Assembly: GCA_037383085.1 (NCBI GenBank) | Contig: JARRPG010000001.1 | Location: forward strand, 53,422-117,421 | Reading direction: 5' to 3' | Source of the DNA: Desulfuromonadales bacterium | GTDB taxonomy: Bacteria > Desulfobacterota > Desulfuromonadia > Desulfuromonadales > BM103 | DNA length: 64,000 bases | Shown: positions 36,103 through 45,443 of the stretch, piece after piece | How the letters are laid out: each line of letters opens with the position of its first letter | How positions within the stretch are numbered: the stretch's first letter is position 1 | Translations under genes and position numbers: made by a program | The notes under the pieces: generated by a model | What the model was told of the DNA's origin: nothing | The model's input: the letters and a program-made list of their open reading frames with translations, nothing else | Databases searched by the model: none

Positions 36103-37605
36103 TCAGTTTGCAACGGGGAAAACAACCTGCATGGTACAGCCACCACCGGGTGTCTGCTTGACCGTGACCTCACCATCGAACAGGCGGACGATTTTCGCCA
36201 CGGTCGCCAGACCGATCCCTGAACCCGGGACACCAGCCGCCTGACGACCCCGGTAGAAGATCTTGAAAACCCGCTCGGCCTCCGTGTCATCGATCCCCGG
36301 TCCGTGATCGATGACCGCAAATGTCGTGGTTTTGCTGTCAGCGTTTCCGGTGATCTCGATCGCTCCGCCGCGATCACAACCGTAACGGATGGCGTTCAGG
36401 ACCAGGTTGCTGAACAACTGGGAAAGCAGCGATTCCGGAATCCGTAGATCCGGCAGGTCAGCGATCGTGATCCGGATCTGCTTGTCACGCACCTCCGCCG
36501 CATTCTCTTTCAGGATCTGATTGACCACCCGCCTGGTTTTAATCGGCTTTTCCGGCCGTTCGGCATGGCCAACCTGAGACAGTTCGAGAAGATCTTCTAC
36601 CATTCTCAGGATGCGGTGTCCCTGGCTGTGGATCTCTTCGACCAGGTCCAGGCCCCGCTCATCGAGTTGATCGCGGTAGTTGTCCCGGAGGAATTCCGCG
36701 TAACCGAGGATCGGCGTCAACGGCGAGCGCAGGTCGTGAGAGACAGTTTGGACGAAGGCATCGAGCTGTTGGTTCGATTCCTTGAGCTGTTCTTCCAGTT
36801 CTTTGCGGGAGGTAATGTCGCGACAGACGGCGAGTTTCTGAATCTCGCCGTCGACACCTTGAACCGGTGAATGGATCACTTCGTAAGTCTCTCCGTCCTG
36901 GACGAACTGGCGCTCCTCAATCACTGTACGGCCCGCACGGACCGCTGCCATTGGACACTCCCGGCAAGGGTCTTCAATGCCATGAATCGTCCGGTAACAG
37001 CAGGCTCCGCTAGGGATCCCGAAATGATCGGCCATGGCTTTGTTGAAAAAATCGATCCGGTAATCCGCCGTGACGATGTAGGCCATATCGGTCATGCTGT
37101 CGAGGATGCTCCGCAATCGACTGCGCTCCTCCTGCAGGGCCGCCGTCCGATCGGCTACGGTCTGTTCCAGTTTGCGTTGCTGGCAGCGCAGTTTCTGCTC
37201 GAGCTGCTTGGGCGCGGTGATATCGATAAAGGTTTCGATGCCGCCGACCACTCTCCCCCGTAAGCGCAGCAGGTCAATGTTTTTGCTGATAATCAGCGCG
37301 GCGCCTGATTTGGTCCGAATACGGCATTCCATTGCCATGATCGGCTTCTCCGGGGCACCAGTATCGAAGAGGCCGCAGCCGGTCCCGCATTCGATCCCCT
37401 CGAGCACGGAACAATGCTGACCGACCACTTCCGCAGCGGTGTATCCGGTCAGGCGTTCTGCTTCAGGATTCCAGTAGACGATATGCCGGTTCTGGTCGAC
37501 CAGAAACAGCCCGCTGGGAACCGTGTTGAGAATCTGTGCTTTCGAAAGGGCGGCGTAAAAGACCCCGGTTTCCTTTGTCACAAGCACCTCCGCGACGTCG
37601 GTCAT
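36103..37605 (-). CDS. PAS/PAS sensor histidine kinase (cytoplasmic, Cys-rich PAS modules)
   Basis: H-box FVQTVSHDLRSPL, N-box LVLNAIRYG, G-boxes DHGPGID and GSGIGLA. The two PAS domains carry the motifs HCSVLEGIECGTGCG and GACCYRTIHGIEDPCRECP. Confidence 0.88.
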   Translation of the reverse strand: MTDVAEVLVTKETGVFYAALSKAQILNTVPSGLFLVDQNRHIVYWNPEAERLTGYTAAEVVGQHCSVLEGIECGTGCGLFDTGAPEKPIMAMECRIRTKSGAALIISKNIDLLRLRGRVVGGIETFIDITAPKQLEQKLRCQQRKLEQTVADRTAALQEERSRLRSILDSMTDMAYIVTADYRIDFFNKAMADHFGIPSGACCYRTIHGIEDPCRECPMAAVRAGRTVIEERQFVQDGETYEVIHSPVQGVDGEIQKLAVCRDITSRKELEEQLKESNQQLDAFVQTVSHDLRSPLTPILGYAEFLRDNYRDQLDERGLDLVEEIHSQGHRILRMVEDLLELSQVGHAERPEKPIKTRRVVNQILKENAAEVRDKQIRITIADLPDLRIPESLLSQLFSNLVLNAIRYGCDRGGAIEITGNADSKTTTFAVIDHGPGIDDTEAERVFKIFYRGRQAAGVPGSGIGLATVAKIVRLFDGEVTVKQTPGGGCTMQVVFPVAN

Positions 37606-37743
37606 TGGTCGACGCGTCTTTGGTTCTCTTGTTCTCTCACCGGATTTGTCCGGTGGTCCTCCTCCGACCCATCAGCGGGCGGCAAACCGTAAGCGTCCAC
37701 CGTGGCAATACCCGGCTGCAGCAGCGCCAGAGTTCAGACCGGT

Positions 37744-38532
37744 TTACTGGCCATCGAGCATCCGGCCGATGCCGCCGAGGACCGAACCTTCGCCACGATC
37801 TTTACCGCCAGAGGCCGGCGCGTGAGCGATAATGCGATCCGCCAGTCGACTGAACGGCAGACTTTGCAGCCAGATTCGGCCATGACCATTGAGTGTTGCC
37901 AGGAAGAGCCCTTCCCCGCCGAAGAACATGCTCTTCAGACTGCCGGCCCGCTGGATATCGTAAGCCACCGAAGGCTCGAAGGCGACCAAGCAGCCGGTGT
38001 CAACGCGCAGCGTTTCCCCCTGCAGCGAGCGCTCGATAATCGTGCCGCTGGCATGAATAAATGCCATGCCGTCACCCCGCAGACGTTGCAGGATGAAACC
38101 CTCACCGCCAAAAAAACCGGTGCCGAGCCGGCGCTGAAAAGCAATACTGACCTCGGTGCCCAGGGCGGCACAGAGGAAGGCGTCCTTCTGGCAAAAGATC
38201 TCGCCGCCGATGGCCTGCATATTCACCGGGATGATCTTGCCGGGATAAGGCGCCGCGAAAGCCACATGACGCTTCTGCCGGCCGTTGTTGGTAAAGTGGG
38301 TCATGAAAATCGATTCGCCGGTCAGCGCTCTTTTGCCGGCACTGAACAGCTTGCCCATCAGACCTGACTCCGGTTTCGAGCCATCTCCCATGCGGGCTTC
38401 AAAAGCGATATCGTCCTCCATGTAGTTCATGGCACCCGCTTCGGCGATCACCGTTTCACCCGGATCGAGTTCAACCTGCACCATCTGCATGTCATCGCCG
38501 ATAATCCGATAATCAACTTCATGGCAGCGCAT
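37744..38532 (-). CDS. AIM24/TIGR00266 (DUF124) family protein
   Basis: Start at the ATG at 38532 (GAGGAG RBS). Sequence [38 protein letters not shown]...[25 protein letters not shown]...[23 protein letters not shown]. Confidence 0.8.
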   Translation of the reverse strand: MRCHEVDYRIIGDDMQMVQVELDPGETVIAEAGAMNYMEDDIAFEARMGDGSKPESGLMGKLFSAGKRALTGESIFMTHFTNNGRQKRHVAFAAPYPGKIIPVNMQAIGGEIFCQKDAFLCAALGTEVSIAFQRRLGTGFFGGEGFILQRLRGDGMAFIHASGTIIERSLQGETLRVDTGCLVAFEPSVAYDIQRAGSLKSMFFGGEGLFLATLNGHGRIWLQSLPFSRLADRIIAHAPASGGKDRGEGSVLGGIGRMLDGQ

Positions 38533-38706
38533 TTTTTCTCCTCGGCACTGTCGTGGAAAAGCACAAGGTGGAGGGTGTCGCCGGGAAACTGCGTCCGGAT
38601 GAGGTGGAAATAACTCGAAACACATGTAAACGCTTGATTGCCAGTGCCGGCTAAGCCCGCAAACCCTCTGCCGGCAAATGACAAAACCACACACCGGGAG
38701 AATCAC

Positions 38707-39057
38707 ATGAAAAAGCGTAACATGATGACCATCGCAATACTCGCAACCGTTCTCATGGCCACCACCGGGGCCAACTTTGCCTATGCCCGTGGCGGTGGTG
38801 GCGGTGGTGGCGGTGGTGGAGCGGGTGGTGCCGGGATGGGTTCCGGGATGGTCTCCGGATCCGGTTTTGGCCGTATGCACCAGAATCAGATGGGTTACCA
38901 GAATCAATACCAAAACAAATATCAGCATCGTTATCGTGTCAACCAGGAGGGCACCGCGCAATACAGTGGCACATCAGCACAGAGAGACCAGACGCGCGCG
39001 GGTCTGAGAACCCAGCTTAGGGACCCCGCAACGCATGACGGGGCAACTGCGGAATAA
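38707..39057 (+). CDS. Small secreted low-complexity protein (Gly10 tract, then a Gln/Asn/Tyr-rich segment)
   Basis: 116 aa from the ATG at 38707 (GGGAG RBS). Signal peptide [27 protein letters not shown]. The mature protein reads [53 protein letters not shown]... A strong terminator follows. Confidence 0.6.
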   Translation: MKKRNMMTIAILATVLMATTGANFAYARGGGGGGGGGGAGGAGMGSGMVSGSGFGRMHQNQMGYQNQYQNKYQHRYRVNQEGTAQYSGTSAQRDQTRAGLRTQLRDPATHDGATAE

Positions 39058-39076
39058 GCTCCCTTCGGCAAAACGT

Positions 39077-39112
39077 CCTGACGGCCACCCGCTTGTGTGG
39101 GTGGCCGTCAGG
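39077..39112. terminator. Bidirectional terminator between the Gly-rich gene and arsJ
   Basis: CCTGACGGCCACCC-gcttgtgt-GGGTGGCCGTCAGG, a 14-bp perfect stem. Confidence 0.75.
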
Positions 39113-39148
39113 GTTGCAACGCGCGGCTTGACACCGACCCGGCAGGCC

Positions 39149-40372
39149 TTATTCGGCCACTGTCACGACAGTGCCGCGCGGCAGCTGCAGGGAAAATATT
39201 CCCGCCAGCAAGACGAAACCTGCCGACACCCAGAGGCAGGCGACCAGCCCGCCCCATTGAAACATCACCCCGGAGAGCAGGGTGCCAATCAGGCGGCCCA
39301 TGGCATTCGCCATATAGTAAAAACCGACGTTCAGTGCGGCCTGTTCACGCGCGCTGTAAGCCAGGATCAGGTAACTGTGGACTGCCGAATTAAGGGCGAA
39401 CACCAGGCCGAACAAGGCCAGCCCCCCGACCACGGTGATCCATGGCGACCAGTCCAGTCCGACGCCGACGGCGATCACGCCGGTCAGGGCCGTCAAGGCA
39501 AAGGCTCCCACTGCAGCGGCACCGCCTCGGGGCGGCCCCCCTGCCAGCCCTCGTTCGAGCAGCTTCGGCGCCATCGCCTGGACAGCCCCGTAGCCGATCA
39601 CCCAGAGCGCCAGGAAACCACCGACCTCAGCATAACCCCATCCCAGGCTGGCCGACAAAAAGACCGGCAAGCCGACCACGAACCAGATATCGCGGGAGCC
39701 GAACAGGAACATGCGCGCGGTGGACAGGAGGTTGATGTCGCGGCTTTTCGACAGGATCCGGGAGAATTTGACCTTGGCCGTGGCCCGTCCCATGGTGCCG
39801 GGCAAGGAGACAACGGCCACCGCCAGAATCACGGCCAGCCCCACCGCCATGGCGACCAGTGCACCCCGGAAGCCGAGCCCGGTCAGCAGGACGCCGCCGA
39901 GAAAAAACCCGGCCCCCTTGAGGGCGTTTTTCGATCCAGTCAAGAGGGCGACCCAGCGAAACAGCGTGCCTTGGGCCTGTTCCGGGATCAGCACCTTGAT
40001 GGCGCTTTTCGAGCTCATTTTGGTCAGGTCCTTGGCGATCCCGGAGAGCGCCTGCGCACCCATGACGTAAACCACCGAGAGCAGCTCCGGCCAGGCAGGG
40101 TTGAGCAGTGCCAGCACCAGGAGCGCAAAAACCTGCAGGGCCAAGCCAGCAAAGAGGGTCACTTTCAAGCCCATCGCGGAACCGACCCAGCCGCCGACCA
40201 GGTTGGTGATCACACCGCAGAATTCGTAGAGCAGGAAGAGGAAAGCAATCTGGGTGGCCGAATAGCCGAGCGCGTAGAAGTGCAGCAGAACCAGCATGCG
40301 CAGCGCGCCGTCGGTAAGGGTGAACCCCCAGTAGGCGGCCGTGACGAGTATGTAGTTGCGCAGATCGGCCAT
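39149..40372 (-). CDS. arsJ: Organoarsenical (1-arseno-3-phosphoglycerate) efflux MFS transporter ArsJ
   Basis: LRNYILVTAAYWGFTLTDGALRMLVLLHFYALGY, AQALSGIAKDLTKMSSKSAIK, LFRWVALLTGSKNALKGAGFFLGG and GFYYMANAMGRLIGT are the ArsJ-family blocks I recall. It lies immediately downstream of a GAPDH gene. Confidence 0.8.
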   Translation of the reverse strand: MADLRNYILVTAAYWGFTLTDGALRMLVLLHFYALGYSATQIAFLFLLYEFCGVITNLVGGWVGSAMGLKVTLFAGLALQVFALLVLALLNPAWPELLSVVYVMGAQALSGIAKDLTKMSSKSAIKVLIPEQAQGTLFRWVALLTGSKNALKGAGFFLGGVLLTGLGFRGALVAMAVGLAVILAVAVVSLPGTMGRATAKVKFSRILSKSRDINLLSTARMFLFGSRDIWFVVGLPVFLSASLGWGYAEVGGFLALWVIGYGAVQAMAPKLLERGLAGGPPRGGAAAVGAFALTALTGVIAVGVGLDWSPWITVVGGLALFGLVFALNSAVHSYLILAYSAREQAALNVGFYYMANAMGRLIGTLLSGVMFQWGGLVACLWVSAGFVLLAGIFSLQLPRGTVVTVAE

Positions 40373-40378
40373 CGGACG

Positions 40379-41392
40379 TCAGCTGTCCAGAGACAAGGCC
40401 ACCTTCCGACAGAGCTCCATCAGGCGGTAGACATAACCCATCTCGTTGTCATACCACGCCAGAACCTTGAGCTGGGTGCCGTCGACCACCAGTGTAGAGA
40501 GAGCATCAATGATTGCCGAACGCGGATCGCTTTTGAAGTCAACCGAGACCAGCGGTCGCTCCTCGACACCCAGAATCCCTTGCAGCTCGTTTTGGGCGGC
40601 CGTCCGAAAAAGAGCGTTGACCTCCTCGGCCGTAACCGGCCGCTGCATTTCAAAGACCGCATCGGTGATTGAAGCATTCAGCAGCGGCACGCGCACCGCG
40701 TGACCGTTGAGCTTGCCCTGCAGTTCGGGATAAATCAGGGTGATCGCGGTGGCCGACCCGGTGGTGGTCGGAATCAGCGACAGGCTGGCGGCCCGCGCCC
40801 GGCGCAGATCCTTGTGCGGCGTATCGACGATCACCTGGGTGTTGGTCTGATCATGAATGGTGGTGATCACGCCGTGAACAATGCCGACCGACTCCTGCAG
40901 CACCTTGACCACTGGCGCCAGGCAGTTGGTGGTGCACGACGCGGCGGTCAGCAGGTGGTGACGCTGGGACTCATAGAGGTGATCATTGACCCCCATGACG
41001 ATGTTCAGCGCGCCCTGTTTGACAGGAGCGGCGACGATCACTTTCCGAGCACCCCGGTCGAAGTAAGGCTGCAGCACGGCGGGCGTGCGGAATTTTCCGG
41101 AGGCTTCGACGACAATATCCACACCCAGTGCACCCCAGTCGATATCCCGTGGATTCTCCTTTTCGCTGAAGGCGATCCGCGCGCCTGCCACCGTAATGGC
41201 ATCCTCACCGGCCTGAATCTCTCGGGGCCAGCGGCCATGCACGGAATCGAACTCGAGCAGATGCGCAGCCGCCGTAGGACCGCCCTTGATTTCATTGATC
41301 TGGACAATCTCCAGTTCCGGCCAATCCCAGGCAGCGCGCAAAGCGAGACGCCCCATGCGCCCGAAACCGTTGATACCGACGCGGATGCTCAT
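40379..41392 (-). CDS. gap: ArsJ-associated glyceraldehyde-3-phosphate dehydrogenase
   Basis: Start at the ATG at 41392 (GGAGG RBS). INGFGRMGR Rossmann motif and catalytic SCTTNCLAP. 6-nt gap to arsJ. Confidence 0.88.
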   Translation of the reverse strand: MSIRVGINGFGRMGRLALRAAWDWPELEIVQINEIKGGPTAAAHLLEFDSVHGRWPREIQAGEDAITVAGARIAFSEKENPRDIDWGALGVDIVVEASGKFRTPAVLQPYFDRGARKVIVAAPVKQGALNIVMGVNDHLYESQRHHLLTAASCTTNCLAPVVKVLQESVGIVHGVITTIHDQTNTQVIVDTPHKDLRRARAASLSLIPTTTGSATAITLIYPELQGKLNGHAVRVPLLNASITDAVFEMQRPVTAEEVNALFRTAAQNELQGILGVEERPLVSVDFKSDPRSAIIDALSTLVVDGTQLKVLAWYDNEMGYVYRLMELCRKVALSLDS

Positions 41393-41574
41393 ACCACACT
41401 CCTCCCCTTCCGATTGAGGCTGTCTGTCCCCGACTGCCTGCAAAGAAGATAGCCGTCCGCTGATCTATCGTCAAATGAGATCTGTGTTAGGACTGCGGCC
41501 ACCGGGGTAATCGTATGCTGCAGAATTTTCGGCAACCTACGCTATACTTTGCGCAAAGCCCCGAGGAGGTTCTC

Positions 41575-42849
41575 ATGCACATCCGTCTCAAGTATGGTGA
41601 GCGTGGTCTCGATATCGAATGCCCGGAGACACCGCATTTCGTTGGCGTCCTGTCGCCGCAGGAAGCCGACATCCTGGATGACCCGGCCCGGGCGGTGGCG
41701 GATTCCCTGGCCCGACCGATCACATCGCCGCCTCTCACGGAGGTGGCCCGCGGCAAACAGGATGCGGTCATCGTCATCAGCGACATCACCCGGCCGGTGC
41801 CGAACGCCCTGCTGTTGCCGATCATTATCGGGCAACTCGAGGAAGCCGGCGTTCCGGCCGAAAAAATCACCATTCTGATTGCCACTGGCATCCATCGCCC
41901 CAACCTGGGAACGGAGCTGGAGCGCCTGGTCGGTCAGGAGATCGCCGGCCGGTACCGGGTGATCAATCACTATTCGAAAAATGAGGACGACATGGTCCTG
42001 GTCGGCGAGATCGGTGACGGCGTCCCGGCCCTGGTCAACAAGCATTATCTGGCCGCGGACTTAAAGATTTTGACCGGCTTTATCGAACCGCACATGTGGG
42101 CCGGTTTTTCCGGTGGCCGGAAATCGATTCTGCCTGGCATCTCCTCGGTGAAGACCCTCGAGTTCATGCACGGCCCCGAGATGGTGGCCCACCCGATGAC
42201 CCGCTACGGCATCCTCGAGGGCAACCCCTTTCACGAAGCCGGGCTGAAGATCATGGCCCAGGCCGGTGCCGACTTTATCGTCAACGTCACCCTCGATACC
42301 GGCAAGAGGGTCACCGGGGTCTTCTCCGGGCACCCGGTGGAAGCCCACCTGCAGGGGGTCGCATTCCTCTCCCGCCATTGCGTCCGCACCCTCGACGAAC
42401 CGCTCGACTTCGTCGTCACCACCAACGCCGGCGCACCGCTCGACTGCAACCTTTACCAGACGGCGAAGGGCATCTCCGGGGTCGCCGGAGCGATGCGCGA
42501 GGGCGGCGTGATCCTGATCGCCACCGAATGTCTGGAAGGGTTCGGAAGCGAGGAATACCGGGCGGTTTTCGAGCACGCCACCACCCCGCAGGCCTTTATC
42601 GAGAAGCTGATGAAGAAGGAGTTTTTCCTGCCGGACCAATGGTGTGCTCAGGAGACCTACCAGGTGATGCTGAAGAATGAAATCTGGGTGCACACCCAGG
42701 GCATCGACGCCGAGACGCTGCGGCGCTTTCACTTCCGGCCGGTGCCCGACCTGAATGCTGCCATCGCATCGCTGCTCGAGCGATTCGGGCAGGAGGCCCG
42801 CTGGGCGATCGTGCCGGACGGTCCGATGCTGATTCTGAAGCTGGCTTAA
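41575..42849 (+). CDS. larA: LarA-family nickel-pincer-nucleotide-dependent 2-hydroxyacid racemase/epimerase homologue (DUF2088)
   Basis: 424 aa from the ATG at 41575 (GAGGAGG RBS). ISDITRP, ATGIHRP (the first catalytic His context), and FIEPHMWAGFSGGRKSILPG (the second His plus the cofactor-tethering Lys context). Confidence 0.78.
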   Translation: MHIRLKYGERGLDIECPETPHFVGVLSPQEADILDDPARAVADSLARPITSPPLTEVARGKQDAVIVISDITRPVPNALLLPIIIGQLEEAGVPAEKITILIATGIHRPNLGTELERLVGQEIAGRYRVINHYSKNEDDMVLVGEIGDGVPALVNKHYLAADLKILTGFIEPHMWAGFSGGRKSILPGISSVKTLEFMHGPEMVAHPMTRYGILEGNPFHEAGLKIMAQAGADFIVNVTLDTGKRVTGVFSGHPVEAHLQGVAFLSRHCVRTLDEPLDFVVTTNAGAPLDCNLYQTAKGISGVAGAMREGGVILIATECLEGFGSEEYRAVFEHATTPQAFIEKLMKKEFFLPDQWCAQETYQVMLKNEIWVHTQGIDAETLRRFHFRPVPDLNAAIASLLERFGQEARWAIVPDGPMLILKLA

Positions 42850-42903
42850 AGGGGCTCAGCCGATCGCAATCAACCGGCTTGAGGGCCCGCGGATCTTTCT
42901 GAC

Positions 42904-43593
42904 CTAATCGCTTTTGGCCTTGAAATAGCGGCGCTCCGGCCGACCGACCGCACCATACACCAGTTCTGCGTGCAATTGGCCGGTGGATGCTAGGTATTCC
43001 AGGTAGCGTCGGGCGGTCGTTCGACTGGTGCCGATCGCTTCGCCGACCTGCTCGGCACTCAGACCCTCGGGATGTGGGGCGGCAAAGACCGAGCGGATTT
43101 TTTTCAGGGTCAGGGGATCGATCCCTTTTGGCAAGGCCGGTTCCCCCGGCTGGCTTTCCTTGTAGGGATGCAACAGGCGATCCACATCCTGTTGGGTGAA
43201 GTTGCTCTCCTGTCGAATCTGGCTCCGGTGATCACGAAAACGCGTCAGGGCTTCCTCGAAACGCGGGAACATCACTGGTTTGACGATGTAGTCGAAGATG
43301 CCGCCGCGGATCGCCTCCTGCAAGGTCTCGCCCTCTTTGGCGGCGGTGATCATGATGATGTCGGTGGCCAGACGTTCCCCCCGGATCCGCCACAAGACAT
43401 CGGTGCCGTGCCCGTCCGGGAAATAGTAATCGAGCAGGACCAGATCCGGCTTGAACAGCTGGCTCATCTTTTCGGCATCGGCCAGATTGAGGGCGATGCC
43501 GACCACTTCGAATCCCGCCACCTTCTCGGTGAAGTGCTGGTGAATTTCGGCAATCTTGGGATCATCTTCGACAATCAAAACCGTGAATGTCAT
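42904..43593 (-). CDS. CitB/DcuR-family response regulator
   Basis: REC domain (LIVEDD...DLVLLDYYFPDG...KP) plus the C-terminal HTH of the CitT/DcuR type. Its start overlaps the kinase stop (ATGA). Confidence 0.85.
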   Translation of the reverse strand: MTFTVLIVEDDPKIAEIHQHFTEKVAGFEVVGIALNLADAEKMSQLFKPDLVLLDYYFPDGHGTDVLWRIRGERLATDIIMITAAKEGETLQEAIRGGIFDYIVKPVMFPRFEEALTRFRDHRSQIRQESNFTQQDVDRLLHPYKESQPGEPALPKGIDPLTLKKIRSVFAAPHPEGLSAEQVGEAIGTSRTTARRYLEYLASTGQLHAELVYGAVGRPERRYFKAKSD

Positions 43594-45218
43594 TTGACCT
43601 TCCCTCCGTCTTTGGGAATGAACACGGAAAACAGAGCGCCGCCGAGATCGCTTTCACCCAGTGTGATTTCGCCGTTGAGATCGTTCACCGCCTTTTTCAC
43701 CAGGTACAACCCCTGGCCACGGTCCTGCTGCTTGGTTGTGAAGCCTCTTTCGAAAACCTGTGCACTCAATTCCATAGGGATGCCTTTGCCGGAGTCCTCG
43801 ACCTCGAACACCAGGTTGTTGCCGATATCGGTCATAGAAAGCCGGACGACCGCCTCCCCGTCCCCCTGCAAGGCCGCATCAAAGCCATTATCGAGAAGGT
43901 TGCCGAGAATGGTCACCAGTTTTTCGCGATTGAGTTCCGCGGGGACATCGGAGAGTTGGCTGTCGGGGTCGATCTCGAACCGGATGCGCAGTTCCTGGGC
44001 GTGGTTGTATTTGCCGATGATGAAGGCCGCCAGGATCGGGAAGGGCACTGCCTTGGCCAGGAAGGCAATCAACCCCTGGTAACCTGCAGCTTCGCGACCG
44101 ATCAAGACGAGCGCCTCCATGTCATGACCGATCTGGATCAACCCGGCGATGGTATGCAGCTTGTTGGAATATTCGTGGGTCTGGGCGCGCAGCATTTCCG
44201 AGTACTCTTTGACCTGGGAGAACTGCCGCACCAGGATATCGAGTTCATCCTTGCGACGAAAGCTGGCCACCGCGCCGATGATTTTCTCCTTTTCAACAAT
44301 CGGCACGGTGTTGATGATCATGGTGGTGCCATTGACCTCCAGTTCCTGATCGTATCGCTGTTCACCACCGGTCAGAATGCGACTCAACCGTGCCCCGGGC
44401 AACACCTCGCGGATCGGTTTGCCGATCACATCCTCTTCCGAGCTATGGCCGAGGATTTCAATCGCCTGCCGATTGGCCACCGTGACCCTGGCCTCCCGGT
44501 CAATCGCAACAATCCCTTCCCGAATCGACTTGATGAGCATGTCACGTTCGGTAAACAACCGGGCGATCTGTTCCGGTTCCAGGTTAAATATCGCCCGCTT
44601 GAACCGGTTCGAGATGCTGATCGCACCGAGGGCACCAAGGACCATCAGAACGCCGGTTAACAGACCGACCTTCAGCTGTTGCAGATGCACGATGTCGCGC
44701 ACATTCTCCTGCAGGTAACCGACCGAGACTACCCCGATGATCGCTCCGCCGTCATCAAATATCGGCACCTTGCCACGAATCGATGGGCCCAGGGTCCCCA
44801 CCGCACGGGAGACATAGGACTCGCCCCGCTCCAGCGCCGGGGCATTGTCCCCACCGACCATTGTCTTGCCGAGCCGATCCGGCTTCGGATGCGAGAACCG
44901 TATCCCGTCCCGGTTGCCAATGACGATAAATTCCGCGCCGACCTCGCGGCGGATCTGCTCGGCCAGGTCCTGGAGCTTGCCTTCCGGATGCGGCTTGACA
45001 ATCTGTTCTCTGACCAAAGGGATTTTGGCCACCGAACGGGAGACCTGCAGCGCCCGCTTGCCGATTTGGTCTTCGAGCACATCGCCCAACATCGCAATGT
45101 ACATTCCCCCGGCAACCAGCGTCAGGGAGAAGACCAGCAGGCAGACCAGACAGATCATGCGAGCCTTGAGGCTGGTGGGAAACCACATCCATTTTGATCG
45201 CGCGTTGGGAGTCTTCAT
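43590..45218 (-). CDS. CitA/DcuS-family sensor histidine kinase
   Basis: Two TM helices flanking a periplasmic PAS-like sensor (…GNRDGIRFSHPKPDRLGKTMVGGDN…). Cytoplasmic PAS, SpoOB-type phosphoacceptor (HEYSNKLHTIAGL), and an ATPase domain. Start at the ATG at 45218. Confidence 0.85.
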   Translation of the reverse strand: MKTPNARSKWMWFPTSLKARMICLVCLLVFSLTLVAGGMYIAMLGDVLEDQIGKRALQVSRSVAKIPLVREQIVKPHPEGKLQDLAEQIRREVGAEFIVIGNRDGIRFSHPKPDRLGKTMVGGDNAPALERGESYVSRAVGTLGPSIRGKVPIFDDGGAIIGVVSVGYLQENVRDIVHLQQLKVGLLTGVLMVLGALGAISISNRFKRAIFNLEPEQIARLFTERDMLIKSIREGIVAIDREARVTVANRQAIEILGHSSEEDVIGKPIREVLPGARLSRILTGGEQRYDQELEVNGTTMIINTVPIVEKEKIIGAVASFRRKDELDILVRQFSQVKEYSEMLRAQTHEYSNKLHTIAGLIQIGHDMEALVLIGREAAGYQGLIAFLAKAVPFPILAAFIIGKYNHAQELRIRFEIDPDSQLSDVPAELNREKLVTILGNLLDNGFDAALQGDGEAVVRLSMTDIGNNLVFEVEDSGKGIPMELSAQVFERGFTTKQQDRGQGLYLVKKAVNDLNGEITLGESDLGGALFSVFIPKDGGKVK

Positions 45219-45443
45219 GACGGCTCTTTCGTCAGGACAAGTCCCGCAGATCATACCGTGATCTGGGCGTGAACAATATAGCCAAAATGTTTTTTATGGT
45301 GCAAAAACTCATTATGAAGCAATTATTTACAGGCACACAGCGATCGCCTATAAGTACGCACAGACAAGGACAAGCGCAAGCACGGTGTGACTGTTTCGAT
45401 TCGGCAATGACGCCGCCCCTCTCGATAGGAAAAGGAGTCAAAG

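Noticed and set aside
38791-38817. Tandem (GGCGGTGGT)x3, considered as a possible CRISPR or VNTR locus
   Set aside because: It lies inside a coding sequence, encodes the poly-Gly tract, and has no spacers. It is not a CRISPR array, and it is reported under the Gly-rich protein finding instead.
39035-40672. 545-aa plus-strand ORF
   Set aside because: Antisense to arsJ and the 3' end of gapdh, with a His/Gly/Gln/Arg-rich non-protein-like sequence.
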